A stretch of 64,000 nucleotides of DNA, from NCBI GenBank assembly GCA_001949185.1, contig BDGG01000004.1, positions 77,282-141,281 on the forward strand. The letters run 5' to 3'. The notes beneath the pieces were generated by a model. The model was not told the DNA's origin. It did no database searches and saw nothing but the letters and a program-made list of their open reading frames with translations. The position numbers and the translations under genes were made by a program. Below, piece after piece: positions 1 through 12,380 of this stretch (position 1 is its first letter; every line of letters starts with the position of its first letter). The DNA comes from Ramazzottius varieornatus (Eukaryota > Animalia > Tardigrada).

Positions 1-1012
1 GGAACGTGGTCAAAGTGTAGAAGACCTGTGCGGGTGACAGCGACACCAACACGCCAAAAATCAGCAACGACAAGGTCAGGAAGTTCCCACTGTTGTGCGG
101 GTTCACTTTACGGCGACCTCGACAGCAGATTGTCTTCTTCTTCTTTTCCTCTTCAGAATGCCGATCAACTACCGGAGCTTTGACAACCGCGGCGGCAGAT
201 GGTTTTCCTTCCGTAGGGCTCTCCTCATGACTAGTGTGCTGCGTACGAGGATGGCCTTTGGAGCTACGAGCGAACGACGTGTTACCGGGGGCGACCGCAA
301 CCCCAACCCGCTTTGGGTTCCGAGCGCGCTCACGAACCCATGTCTTGTACAGGACGAACGGGTAAACACAGAACACGATAGCGATAGGGACATCGAAGAC
401 CACCAGGTTTGCAATGTACGCAAAGGACTCCGGACCTTTGACCATGGCTTGGCAGTGGTGGAGCTCAGGCTGGTTGTGAAAGTAGAGCGCATCCACGACG
501 ATACCGGGCACGATCATGGCCAAGACGTACAGCCACATGCAAGCACAGATGGTCACTGGGCGGGCGATGGTGTGAGAACGATGGAAGCGACGGTAGGCTA
601 CGGGCCAGGACACAGCCCACAAACGGTTGATGGCGATGAGAAGATGCGAGTTGTTGACCGTCCCTCCGCCCAGGTAGTTCATGGCTCGAACCATGGCGCA
701 GTACGGGATAGGCGCGTGTTCGGCCGGGAAAAGTAGGTTGCTCTGGTTGAAAGCGTAGAGGACGGAGGTGAAGAGGAGGTTGGCCGTGCAGAGGTTTGCC
801 AGATAGTAGTTGAAGGATGTCCGGACGGAATGGTCTTTGATGAAGAGGAACAGGACGATCGAGTTGCACGTCACAGCAACGAAGTTCATGATGAGGCTGA
901 AACTGTCCTGGAAACCCCATTGGGGAATGACGAATGGAATGGTGGAGTTTGTCCAAGTCACAAAAGACGCGTTCGGTGTGAACTTCGAATGAGATAGGCT
1001 AGTGTTAGCCAT
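1..1012 (-). CDS. Divergent class-A (rhodopsin-like) 7TM GPCR, intronless in the visible part, 3' end runs off the window
   Basis: Manual translation from ATG 1012: MANTSLSHSKF...VRTSFNYYLANLCTANLL...NNSHLLIAINRLWAVSWP...FDVPIAIVFCVYPFVLYK...SGNFLTLSLLIFGVLVSLSPAQVFYTL. It is collinear with the paralogue at 10640-11755. It is absent from the ORF track because there is no stop inside the window. Confidence 0.9.
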   Translation of the reverse strand, partial: MANTSLSHSKFTPNASFVTWTNSTIPFVIPQWGFQDSFSLIMNFVAVTCNSIVLFLFIKDHSVRTSFNYYLANLCTANLLFTSVLYAFNQSNLLFPAEHAPIPYCAMVRAMNYLGGGTVNNSHLLIAINRLWAVSWPVAYRRFHRSHTIARPVTICACMWLYVLAMIVPGIVVDALYFHNQPELHHCQAMVKGPESFAYIANLVVFDVPIAIVFCVYPFVLYKTWVRERARNPKRVGVAVAPGNTSFARSSKGHPRTQHTSHEESPTEGKPSAAAVVKAPVVDRHSEEEKKKKTICCRGRRKVNPHNSGNFLTLSLLIFGVLVSLSPAQVFYTLTTF

Positions 1013-4000
1013 TGTGAATACGTTCCGTTTCGGTATATTTCCCAGGGAGCTTCAAAGAACCCCTGCCGTGAAAGAAAAAAGATAGAGATTCGGGGGACCC
1101 GTCCGTGAAGAAAGAAAAAAATGGGTGATCTCGGGCAGGTCCTTGGGAATTATGTTAGCACTGTAGGCTGACTAGGTGGATGAACCTCTTGACGAAATCG
1201 GCAAGAGCATGGTAAGCTTTCATACGGAGAAAATCTGTCTATTTCACTCAGGATTCAAGTTGGTGCCGCGCCCACGTTAATATCGAAGGACCACTGTGGG
1301 TGACAGGGAAGATTACCACTCTAAAAAATAGATGTAGAATTGCCAGAATTACCAGGTCATGCCTTTCATATAGCGCCTAGCCTAGGCCGGTAAGATGTTT
1401 TCGTATTGGATGATTTACTACATGTGGGCCAGTCGATGGCATTAACTTCCACTTGATTGATGGGCAGATAATTAAACAGGAGATGAGAGTCAGGTGACAT
1501 TTAGGATATCCGGATTATTGTAAGCGATGGTGGCGCCTTGGGAATACTGGCGGACGTACCACGAAGCGTATACGTAAACCACCAGCGGTGCTCTTGTCCG
1601 GGGTTTGTGTTCTGAAAAATTACCAGTGAGCAACAGAAGCACGTAACCTTACCGCGGTTTCCACGGATCAAATTTTTACAGCCAGATGATTGATTGTTCC
1701 AATGATGAAATGGACAATCAATCCGCCGATGCGGAAGGGCATGCAATGACATAACAATCGAGGGTCGTAAGCACGAACTGGTATTTATACCATCCCTGTT
1801 GCTGAGTATCATGAGAAATAGAAACGCGGTTTGTAACCAAGTCGTAAATTGGGTGATTTGAGAAACTCGAAGCTGCATGGATGACAGGATATTCTGGATG
1901 ACGCATCAAGCAGCACATGTGTGACGGTCAAATTCTTTCACGAAGGAACAGTTGCGTTAGTTGCGTGAGAAGAACGTGAATGATGTTCGAGCAACGTACT
2001 TTATAATTATGGTGTTAGTCAGTGGTGGTTACATCTTGGCATTGACTGCTTCTCTCAGACAAAAAATCCTTACTCGTACAGTCCGGTCGTTCTATATGTA
2101 CTCCTCATTTTCTGATTTCAATTTACGGCCTTCTATTCATTCACCATGCTGCATGCCAAAGGTAGCAGCCGAATTACATAACACTTAAATTACACCATGG
2201 TGTATTTGATTTGATCAGATAATCAAGTATCAGCTGATCAGCTGCTTTGGGGCATGGCGAGCAGTCTTATTGAATTTGGTAACTTCTTTCTTTTGAACTT
2301 GAAACATATGGAGTACATTTCGAACGACCAGACTGTACTTGATTGAATTACTGCCGCATCAAATGAGGATGAACGGAGGGCTGAATCAGAAAAAGCCAGT
2401 CCAGCTCGACTCAGGTGGCAGCGTCAAGCCACTAATGCAGATTGGTTAAAAATCTGTTCTATTCTCATCACAAGGAGAAGGTAGTAATTACGGAGGAAAT
2501 CACGTGACAGACTACGTGCGGTACATTCATATCAGCTCAAGTATTTGGTCTCTGTAACTTGAACCTGCTTGAAATTTAAATATGCAGCAGGAGACTAAGG
2601 AAAATTCATTCACCGGCAAGCTGGATTCAGAAAAATAGGTGGGCCGCTGACGTAACCGTGAGTGTCCAAGTGTTCACGATAAGTTCTTCAGATTTCACAC
2701 GAAATTGGTCACGTTTCTGGTGGTATGCCTGATGGTAGTGGGAAGAAAGTCCTCGTGACTTCGCATTGCTATTCGGACAAATGTTTTGTTCTTGCGATGC
2801 AAATAAACTACCTCTGACTCCTGAATACCAATGATGGAAGTGGGCTTTTGATGCATGCTTCGGTATTCAAACAAAAACATCCTATTCTTCTGGATCGGCG
2901 CGTGATGAGCCGCTCCGGGTTTTGATGAGTTCTGGTGTCAAGTTGAGCTCTCGTTGTTTCGTTTGCTTAGCTCACATATACCTGTCGGACTCTCACGGGA
3001 TTTGGATGTAGTCGGAAACAAAAAAACCTGACAGCTAGAAAACACCGCGGTGAAACACACTGCCGGATGGCGAGCCGAGAAGAACTTTCAGATTATTGAC
3101 CACCGAAAATCCCGCTTGCAGGAAACATCATTACTAATTCGACCAGAGCTTTCAAACAGCTAAATCAAGTATTTATGTATCGATGACGTCAATGCAAAAG
3201 CCTTAATATGATATTAATATATCAGGATACTGGATTCCGGTGTCTGGATGATAGAACATCCCTGCCGCTATGTTTCGGCGAGATTCGGCCTACTATAGAG
3301 AGCCACGGTGTCGTGTGCCGACAGCCATACATCCCTGGCGATCGCCTGCACTTATATGGGTGTTTGAAAGAGCAATTGTGGTTGCCTTGTTTGAAGCAAA
3401 TTTACACCCACATTTTCAATGGCTAAATGAGAGTACTTGCAAAGTAAAAGCTCATAGGGGCTTATGCCCTGGATTATTTGGAAAACGTTTTGTTTTTTGC
3501 AAAAACCCATCAAACCCCATTGCGAACAATTTTTCGTTTCGTTGATTCACTATTTCTAACATCGAGCAATAACGCACGGGTCCCAGAACCTGGTGTGAAT
3601 GCGCTGTTGTCAAATTTCTAGGAACTTACAAAAATTTGAGCATAAACATCTAAAAACTTGCAAAGGCTTCCAAAAAGCTTCGATGCTTTAACTTAGAAAT
3701 TTTAAGATATCCAGAAGTGAAACTGTGTACGTACGTTGAAGCGAAACCCATTTCCTGACGGCGACGGCACAGCCTCGAGCTCAACCACACCCGCTGCGTT
3801 TGTACTCAATACCTTCATTCTGACGACGAGAGTTTTGAAACTTCATGGTGGTTACTATTTTGAGTGAGCGTGCAAAAACCAGACCTGGTTGTTGTATTTT
3901 CATAAGCCACTTCGAGAAAACAGGATACGATACTTTAGTAGACATGCATTTCGGCTGGATTACAGCATGGCCTTCAATTCAATTCTCGTGTCACCACCAC

Positions 4001-4014
4001 ATGGAGTCTGGGCA

Positions 4015-4215
4015 AAGTTCCTCAGAAGTCTGGGGTCACGGCGAAGAGGCATAGTCGATGAAACTTAGGCACGGGACAGGGTAGCCCAAGGGTAGGGGTC
4101 GGGGCTTGCCATGTGGAGGCCAAGAATTTCCAAGAAAAACCCGAAACCTTCCCTTGCCCTTCTCAAATTTCATCAGCTGTGCCTCTACGCTATGACCCCA
4201 GACTTTTGAGGAACC
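4015..4215. repeat. Imperfect inverted repeat (~50 bp arms), MITE-like
   Basis: ctcagaagtctggggtcacggcgaagaggcatagtcgatgaaactt (4021-4066) is close to the reverse complement of aaatttcatcagctgtgcctctacgctatgaccccagacttttgag (4165-4210). Confidence 0.7.
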
Positions 4216-6634
4216 TCGCTCACAGGCCACATATTAATGTTAAACTGCGTAAAATATAATCATCGTGCGACGCTCTGGTGAACAGAGCAAAATACGTTAA
4301 GGTCTAAATACATTTAGCCCTGCGACATCCCCGACGCGTATTCCGGGCATTCTGAACGACGGCTGGCCAGCATAAAATGAGAGTCCTTCTGGAGACAAGT
4401 CTTTTGAAACGAATTACCTTTTTTCCCCCTGAAGTCTGGATTGGAGAACTTATTATAACTTAGTTTCCGCGTGATTCCACTTTTACAAGTGAATTTCACA
4501 CAAACGCATTTTTATTCAATCGAGTTTTCCGGCAAATTTGTCCTACACTTATAGGTTAATATGCAATTCATAATTATTGTCATCTGTCGCAATATTAGCC
4601 CATGTGCAATGCTCTGAAATCAACCCATGAAGGCTTTTGTTATGTTTCGGCAAAATTCCCGACCGTCATGATCACACGGTTCCAGATCGGAGATTAGCCA
4701 CTGGCTTTTTGCTGTTCTCGACAAGAACTGCATACCTGGCTGCTCGCGCTTCCTTCTTCTTCGATGGGAAACCTTCTGGATACCCGTGTTCTCCGGAGCA
4801 GCGTTGATCTTCGGTTGGGCGAAAATCTGAGTCGTGCTGACACCTATCGTTGCTTTTACCAACGTGGATAAATACGGTCAGCACTGCTTCAGTTGCTCGT
4901 ACAGACTCGGTGGCGGTTATTAAGGTGGCCACAGCGGGGTAAACGAGTCGCTGAAACACTCCCTGACATCAGCCTAGATTTTTGCCATCTTTCAACGTAG
5001 AGAAATCTCCAGGAAGGACGAGAGACGCCCATACAGCATAATGCAGTTCCTTGGAAGAATGATCAGGGGCTCGTGTGGGATGCACAGTCGATACCTTGGC
5101 CTTGATCAAAGTCGCCGTGTCGAAGGTTAAACCCGGATCAGCTGCTGATGTCCCAGAAAGATCATTCGGACAATGAGATCCTTTGCAACGGAGCTGTTAC
5201 AGGCGATCGGAAGAAATATGGCAGAACCAAGTCTGGGGTTGTTTTCGGTCTTCAAGCGTGAAAATTCTTATTCTGTCTCTGCACCGTAAAAGATACCGAG
5301 GGACTTGACGAGATGCTCTACTTTTTAGGTGGTGGAGAAGCAAGAGTGAGTCCATGTGTTGCATGGTTTCTGTTGCGCTATCCTACTCACTTTTTGATAA
5401 CAGAATATCGTCCTTTCGATTAAAATTCAACAGTTAACCCTCAAGTGCAATCTTTCCAATTCTGTTGCTGCTTTTACCGGGCAAATGAAATCGGCTCGCA
5501 CTCTTACCGTGTACCCACGCTCGCTTCAGGTAATTGAAAACACTGGAAATCTCCAAAAACAGAACTCGTGCGTTTTGGAACTAGCTAGTGGTTCTGACCA
5601 CTGGAAAGGCCGAGCAAAGGTGGCAAACATCACAAACCACTCGTCGGTCGGTCTCAACGTGCCCATCGTGACTGCCGTGGCTAGTTTGGTAGGAATATCG
5701 AACAAAAGATTTCGCTGCCCATATCAAATGAGCATTCTTTTACCTTCTCCTCGTACTAAACGTAATTGACGTGGATGAAAAATCAAAGACAGGGGTGCTA
5801 AATGCAGTTTACTGTAAAGGTCAGCCTAATACATACTTTCGATCAGTCCTTCTGGCCCGAGCAGAGGCCCGAGTACGAACCGCCTTCTTTGCATCCTTTG
5901 TCAAGGCAGCATTGGTTGCAACTTCCTTAATTCCACAGTGTCACCAGGTCATCCATCATAGCCCACTATCACTCGTTCGACTGCTACGGAATCATTAAAC
6001 TTTGATCGCATGAACTAACATCGCGAGAACGGCACACCTTTTCACTACAACTGTTGTAGAGCGTTGGCTTACTGACGGAACAACTTACCGAGGAAGTCAC
6101 AGACCAAAACCCTGCATCGAAAGTGAAGAGTTATCCTCATGTTGAAATCTGGAAAACGGTGCTTTTCTAAAAAGACAGAAGTGACCCCAAAGTTAGCAGT
6201 AAACCTACTTCGTAACCTGGCAAACGAATTCAACTTGTCACGAAGCGTCGGCTTATGTACGAGCTACAGCCTGGCTGAAAACAGCGGTTTTGATGTATGA
6301 CCATGACGGTCCGGACCTGTAGTTGGTCAGATTTATAATTTTTCTTCGGTTGTTCTTTATTATGGACCATCTACTGATTAACGCGCGCAGTACTGTCGCG
6401 CCACCTGGTTTGCCGTAAATTTAATTACACCATGTGGTACATGCAGTATAGTGAACACAATTTAAAAAGAAATTTGGGGACGATGAGGAAGGCGTTGTCC
6501 ACATTGTACTTGCGGGAACTGTCGTTGCCTATTCCAACCAAAGCTACCTAGGTATGATATCAGTGACGTCAGCGTCGCAGACTGATAAGATTTTAGGACA
6601 TTGAATTCGAGTGCCTCGGGGTTGTGTGCAGACG

Positions 6635-7767
6635 TCATTTGCATGGAGAGCAATAGGTCTCCAGAAAAGCATGACGCAGTCTGGGCAACGTGAGGATAAA
6701 CCATATGGGGTCGAACACGGGAGTAAGTTCATACAAAACAGTAACAATCTGATAAAACTGGCTGCCCAAATCCAAATTGAATACCCATAGCGTGTTGTAT
6801 AAGTTATCAGGAACGTAACATACTAGCACAGTAGCCGTCATCAGGGTCATCGCAAGAATACCACTTGATTTGATTCGGGTGGGAGCGTTGACTGGGTTAG
6901 CTGCGCTGACACTACCAGCTGCCGGGCCGCCCGAAAGACCAGTGGGCAGGATACCAGTAGAGGGTGTCACCAGTGGTTTACGACGACGCGAGGCTTTGTA
7001 GTAAACGACCGGAAGCACACCAACAATGATAACCAGAGGGAAGTCGAATATCAGTAGCTGTATTGCTGCTTGCCACTCGAAAGGGGCATCTGTGCCGGAG
7101 TGACATTGCGCGATATCTGTAAACACCGGCAAGCGATAAATGTAAACGTCCAGCAGGATGCCCGGCAAAATGCAGAGATGCATATAAAACCATTGAGCTA
7201 TGCAGATTCCAGCAGCGGCCAGTTTAGTCTGCTTCAGTCTGTATGAATTGGGAAAGGTCACAGCCCAGAAGCGGTTCAGCGCAATCAGTGCGTGGGCGTT
7301 AACCATACTTCCGGACAGTAGCCATTCCGAGTACTGGTACATGGTACACCAAGAGTCTCCCAGCCACCAGTTCACTCCCTGTAAAATTTTGAATATGAGT
7401 CGGCAGGCTTCACGAGAGACTCGGGAAGAGTACGTACGGGGAGTTCGATAGGAGCGTAAAGGTAGTCAATGAGGTGTAGCGTGGTGAAGAATGCGGACGA
7501 TAGGATGTTGGCAACGCACAGGTTGAGGACGTAGATGGTAAAAGCGGTCACCAATGATCTATTCCACGCAAACAGGAAAACCAGACTTGCGTTGGTCAGC
7601 AGAGCGCTGATCTGGACAATGAGAGTGGAGTATGATGTAGTAGTCCAGTGGGGTCCTCCGCCCAGCGCAGTCTGGTTGCCGCTAGATGCGTTGCTTACCG
7701 TGGAAGAAGTGGAGTTGTCAAACGGACTATCGGATTCATTGGTCAGCATCGTTGCTTCGGTGAACAT
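6635..7767 (-). CDS. Class-A GPCR of the same family, two exons (intron 7379-7437)
   Basis: Two ORFs are joined in frame by a 59-nt phase-0 intron GTACGT...TTTTACAG, giving LYAPIELP|GVNWWLG. Motifs: FTIYVLNLCVAN, NAHALIALNRFWAV, TM7 PVFDPIWF. Confidence 0.85.
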
Positions 7768-8615
7768 AACAAGACGAAATAGGCTTGGATGGTGGCCACG
7801 TTTTGTGAGGAAGTAAGGTGAGATGGAATTCGTTCGATTTCCCTTCTTTCTTCACACGTCCATGTTCGATATACCATCCCTGTTCTTAAGCTTTCCGGCT
7901 GTAGCCGGCGAACATGTCCAACTTTACATTTGCTGCTTCAGGGCCCAATTACAGGTGATCATCCTCATAAGTGCAGTTACCGTCTGTTACCGGCAGATAG
8001 GCAGGAGGGCTCGTGATAATTTGCCTGGGTGCGGCTGTCTGAACCAAGATGGTGGTCCAGACTGGAATAGAGGGCTGTACACGCACAAGAACAAATTATG
8101 GGCCAGTAAAAATTATGGACCCGGCCTTCTCGCTACGGCGGTACGAAAGCATGTGTGTCCGCGGCTGATCTACACTGATGCAGTTTTCGACACTGTTCTA
8201 CGGTTAAATTTCTATTTTGCCGGTTCATAGAATCGTCTGGACGAAACGTGCCAGCCTGTGGCCTGTAGGGTGTCTGCCGATTTCAGCGTCGTGGGCTACG
8301 GCTTGAGATGGGCTCAAGTAGTTCGACCTGGTTCGTACCGATCTAGCGATGGCATGCAATTTTTCATGGGTCGGGTAATTGCTATTTTTTTATTCACGGG
8401 TTTTGATTTCCGGTCAGGTGATCTCTGGATCTCGACCCCTAAGGGGAATCTGGGACCAGCCCAGCAAGGCTTTTGTTACGTGGACTTATCCGATTTTGGT
8501 TCGTGCCGCGTGTTTACCCAAAAAGATTCTTTCTCGCGACTTTTTTAAACATCAAATTGATAGCTCAAAAATGGAGTAAAAACGCAGAAATGAACCTCGA
8601 CAGCTGTTTTTGTAA

Positions 8616-9566
8616 CTAAGATGCTACAGGCGCAGAAAGTAACGGAAAGCTCATCCGGATTGTCCGCTCCAAGCCTTCTTGTTGACCGAGCTCGTTAGCC
8701 GTTCCCGAAAGTCGCGGTCTTCTGTACTGATCCGGCAGAGTGTCCTTCTCCACCACCTGCATGCTCCCTTCAAAATCCAACAGCATGACTGTCTGTGCTC
8801 TGGTTCCGTATTCTTTCTCGTGCGCCACCACATTAATGCTACTCACTCTCTCTAGAAACATTTGTGGGAAGTTCTCCGGAAACGACTCGATCAATGCAGG
8901 GTCCGGAAAGAACTGCGTCTCTGTGCTGAGCAATTCAAACAGTGAAGACTGTAATTTCTCCCTGCTGTTGTCTGATAATCGCGGCATGCCTTCGTAATTC
9001 GATAAAATGGTTTCGAACAACTTCAGTCCGGAAGAAGCTTTGAGGAAAGGCTTATCCGGGTGAGAGTTTGAAAACACGAAGGCTTTAGCTTCGTTGTCCG
9101 ACTTGAAAACTTTATGCTGGCTGTCCACATTGATCAGATAATGGCCTTCATATGCACCACTAGTTCCGTTCGGCTCTAGCATCAGAAGCAGGAATGGGTC
9201 GTATTCTTGACCGCGGAGGGAGAGATCTCTAGCGAAGTCAGCTACGGAATGTGGAGATCGAAGGAAGTCAGGGACCAAGCCACCGCGACCGCGGCGTTCG
9301 GGCGCGGTGTCTGGAAGGAGTGGCTGCCGGTTGCGCACATTGAGAAGGAAAGCAATTTTACCGTTAAGGGAATTCACAGCAGCCCATGTGCCATTCTCTT
9401 TTCCGGGAGTCAAGTCGCGACCTCCGATGATGTGGTGGTTCGGAGAGGGCCATCGCTGAAGCGGTGCCGAAGGGCGTGTGAAGTATTCATCGCGGTTGGA
9501 TGCCAAGCAGATACGAAAGGGAAACTTGGACGGAATGTTGTTGATCAGCACAAAACAGATACACAT
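8616..9566 (-). CDS. TANGO2: Transport and Golgi organization 2 (NRDE/TANGO2) protein, intronless
   Basis: N-terminus MCICF, LASNRDEYFTRP, GGRDL, GTWAAV, RGGLVPDFL, YGTRAQTV. These are the hallmark NRDE-family motifs; the ATG at 9566 puts Cys at position 2. Confidence 0.93.
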   Translation of the reverse strand: MCICFVLINNIPSKFPFRICLASNRDEYFTRPSAPLQRWPSPNHHIIGGRDLTPGKENGTWAAVNSLNGKIAFLLNVRNRQPLLPDTAPERRGRGGLVPDFLRSPHSVADFARDLSLRGQEYDPFLLLMLEPNGTSGAYEGHYLINVDSQHKVFKSDNEAKAFVFSNSHPDKPFLKASSGLKLFETILSNYEGMPRLSDNSREKLQSSLFELLSTETQFFPDPALIESFPENFPQMFLERVSSINVVAHEKEYGTRAQTVMLLDFEGSMQVVEKDTLPDQYRRPRLSGTANELGQQEGLERTIRMSFPLLSAPVAS

Positions 9567-10639
9567 GGTGCCGCTGAGAAAGTTTGCGGACGCCGGCGTT
9601 CGTCTGCAGGTCACAGCTAGATCAGATCTCCGAGATCAGGAACCCATCCTCCTGGGAATGGGAAGACTAAGAGCGCTGCTGTTCAGTATGAAAACAGTCT
9701 TACTAGTGATAATTTTTGCAAACAGCTGATCAGTTTTGCCATCTGTTATCACTAGGTTAGTGTCATGTCTTCGCTTCCTGCGCATGTCGCATTGCTGTGT
9801 GATTTTAACTTTGTGGACAAAGTCTGCGATAGGTGGCGCCACATTGGGAGTGAACATACTTGGAAGGTCGGTCTTAAACTTTCAAGTTTCAGCGTTCTCC
9901 CTCCTGTTGATGTTCGTCTGTGTGTCCTTTATTGTGCCATTGAATGGCGCATTGACCCGACGGTGCAAAAAACCTAATTCAGCTAAATAAGGGTGATGTC
10001 GCTGTTGACGCCTGTGGTGCTAGCTATAGCTTAAATTTAAATGGAAACCAACCGAATCGGTGTTAGACACCAAGAGTTTTCCTGTCAAAAATCTGGCTAA
10101 CAATTGATCAAATTAAGATGGGGTCGATTGAACGGATGCTCGGTCGATTGAACGGATTTTTGACCGAGAACCGCAGCCGAAATCCTCTAATGTCGGTACG
10201 CCTCTAAGAATTCTTCCGCCTTTAATCATCAGATGAGCGTGAGACAAATAATTACAGAGGAGGGTATTATCTACCATATTTTTGATGGTACCGCTGGAAG
10301 GCGTGTCTGTGAGATCCCAATGATTGATAATTACAGAAAAGGGAATCATTTACCGCGGAAAGGCCTGTCTGTGAGATCTTCGCCGCTGAATAATTCTCTC
10401 AGTTAATCAATGGACGCCGCACAAGCCCGTGACGAGGGCCTCTTTTTACCTTATCGAATTCCCTCCCAGTCAATTGTAAATTGCGAAATGACAAGGCATG
10501 GTTCGAGGTCATACATAAAGAAGGGATTCAGGTTAATCGTAGTGCCCTGCAGCATGCATTTAGCTTCCACATTCTCTCAGTCGTTGTAGCTTTGAGTTCT
10601 GGAAGACCAAGAGCGCGGAATAACTGAGATCTTTTGAGA

Positions 10640-11755
10640 ATGTTAACAAAAAACAGCACCATGCCGAACCTCTGCAATATCTCTGTGTCCACCCAGAACA
10701 CCAGTGTTCCTCTAACACAAGCCAGAATTTCCTGGGACTTCGCAGACACACTCAGCCTCGTGACCATCCTATTATCCTTCTCACTGAACTTGACCATCGT
10801 TATTCTCTTCTGCCAGAACTCATCCTGTCGCACTTCCTTCAACTACTACATTGTTAACCTTTGTCTCACCAACCTAGCCTTCAATTTTGTGTATCCACTG
10901 GACGTTCTGAATGAGCGCTACCCGTTCCACCTTCCTCCTTTACCGTTTTGCGTGTTCTTTCGATACATTACCTACATAACCCCAGCCCAGGTCAACAATG
11001 CCCACTTACTCCTCGCTTTGAACCGCCTTTGGGCAGTGACATGGCCGATTTCTTACAGACAGTTTCACCGCACCAACTCCGGTTTTGCTACGGTAAAAGT
11101 GTGTGCAACCATGTGGGCCTACTGTAGTCTGTGCGTCCTCCCGGGTATCGTGCTGGACGCTCTGGAACCACGACTGCCGGCGGAGATGTACCACTGTTCG
11201 TCTAGCGCGGCTACGCAATGGGCTTGGCAGGCCACAACCCAGATCTTGGTATACGACATCCCCATTGCAATCACCCTAGTGATATACCCCTTCATACTCT
11301 ATAAGACGTCCCAGATGGCGCGCGAGAAACAGCGCAAGGTTGGTCAGTCAAGAGCGGCAACGCGAACCGATCACAGTCGCCACCAGAGAACCGACGCTTT
11401 GAGAAGGACCTCGCAACGAGGACAGATGGAAATATCTGAGCACCAAGATGGGACACAGCAAGTTGATCAAGAAGAAGAACAAACCGCGCTTAGGAATAAA
11501 GCGGCGCGGGGATGTGTGAATATTAATACCAGCGGGAATTTCTTAACGTTGTCTCTGTTAATTGTCAATGTGGCTTGTTCGCTTGTACCAGGCCAGGTAT
11601 TTTACACACTCTTGGTTTTTGGCAAGTTTGTGCCGGAGATGTATACTGTCATGTGGATTTTGTATTCTTTGGGTCCCATTGTCGACGCCCTGCTGTTCTT
11701 GACCACTGTGCACACGTTTCGTACTGCTCTGCAGAGAGGCTGCACCTGCACCTAA
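10640..11755 (+). CDS. Class-A GPCR of the same family, intronless, intact
   Basis: ~371 aa with seven hydrophobic segments. RTSFNYYIVNL, NNAHLLLALNRLWAVTWP, YDIPIAI, GPIVDALLF; N-glycosylation sequons in the N-terminus. Confidence 0.92.
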   Translation: MLTKNSTMPNLCNISVSTQNTSVPLTQARISWDFADTLSLVTILLSFSLNLTIVILFCQNSSCRTSFNYYIVNLCLTNLAFNFVYPLDVLNERYPFHLPPLPFCVFFRYITYITPAQVNNAHLLLALNRLWAVTWPISYRQFHRTNSGFATVKVCATMWAYCSLCVLPGIVLDALEPRLPAEMYHCSSSAATQWAWQATTQILVYDIPIAITLVIYPFILYKTSQMAREKQRKVGQSRAATRTDHSRHQRTDALRRTSQRGQMEISEHQDGTQQVDQEEEQTALRNKAARGCVNINTSGNFLTLSLLIVNVACSLVPGQVFYTLLVFGKFVPEMYTVMWILYSLGPIVDALLFLTTVHTFRTALQRGCTCT

Positions 11756-12380
11756 AAACTTCATTTCCGGAAGGTTTGATGCAGTCATCGACTTGTTGAC
11801 GGCATGCACCGATTAAGGTAGTTAATTGTTGGAAAATGCATATTAGACACTCAATACGACACCGTGCACGTGGCCTCTTCTTCATGAGTAAATTAAAACT
11901 CGAGCCTGTTATTGCGGCAATTCCTCCACTTCGGGTTCGCAAGAGAGTGCACTGGGAAGCGGATCTCACAGTACCGTTTAAACATCGAAAGCCGCGGGCA
12001 TCGGAACGTTATTTACTTCAGTCTGTTGTAACATATAGGCGTAATAACATTCGTTTGAACCAATTTTAACAGGGAGAAGGTTAGAAGAGTGAGCATTCGA
12101 CTACATTTGTTATTAAAACTCAAGTAAACATGAGCCTGAAAAACTCTGCGAAACACTAGCAACTGCTCGCAAAAGACGTAACTCTGCTTGCCCGCGGCAC
12201 TTCATAAGTGTGACTTCTAAGTAAATCGTGTCACACAAGGATGCTGCTTTGATTTGTCTTCGTTTTCTGACGACCGCATTTGTGTCTTGCTTGAAAACTT
12301 ACTCGACTTGGACGGACGAAACATCATCGTTGGCTTAGTCCTAACCGAGATCGGACGCAAGCGAGCTCTTCACAGCCACA

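Noticed and set aside
95-956. ORF-track entries 95-736 (+), 169-492 (-) and 465-956 (-)
   Set aside because: They are shadow frames of the minus-strand GPCR, whose true frame is open to the window edge.
4620-5260. Possible second tyrosine-recombinase relic (LTVFIHVGKSNDR...PTEDQRC on the minus strand)
   Set aside because: There is only a faint resemblance to the SKTD..CPV region, and I could not recover the catalytic motifs by eye.
8616-9566. TANGO2 as a bacterial horizontal transfer because it is intronless
   Set aside because: TANGO2 is a normal eukaryotic gene family, and intron absence alone is not evidence; a phylogeny would be needed.
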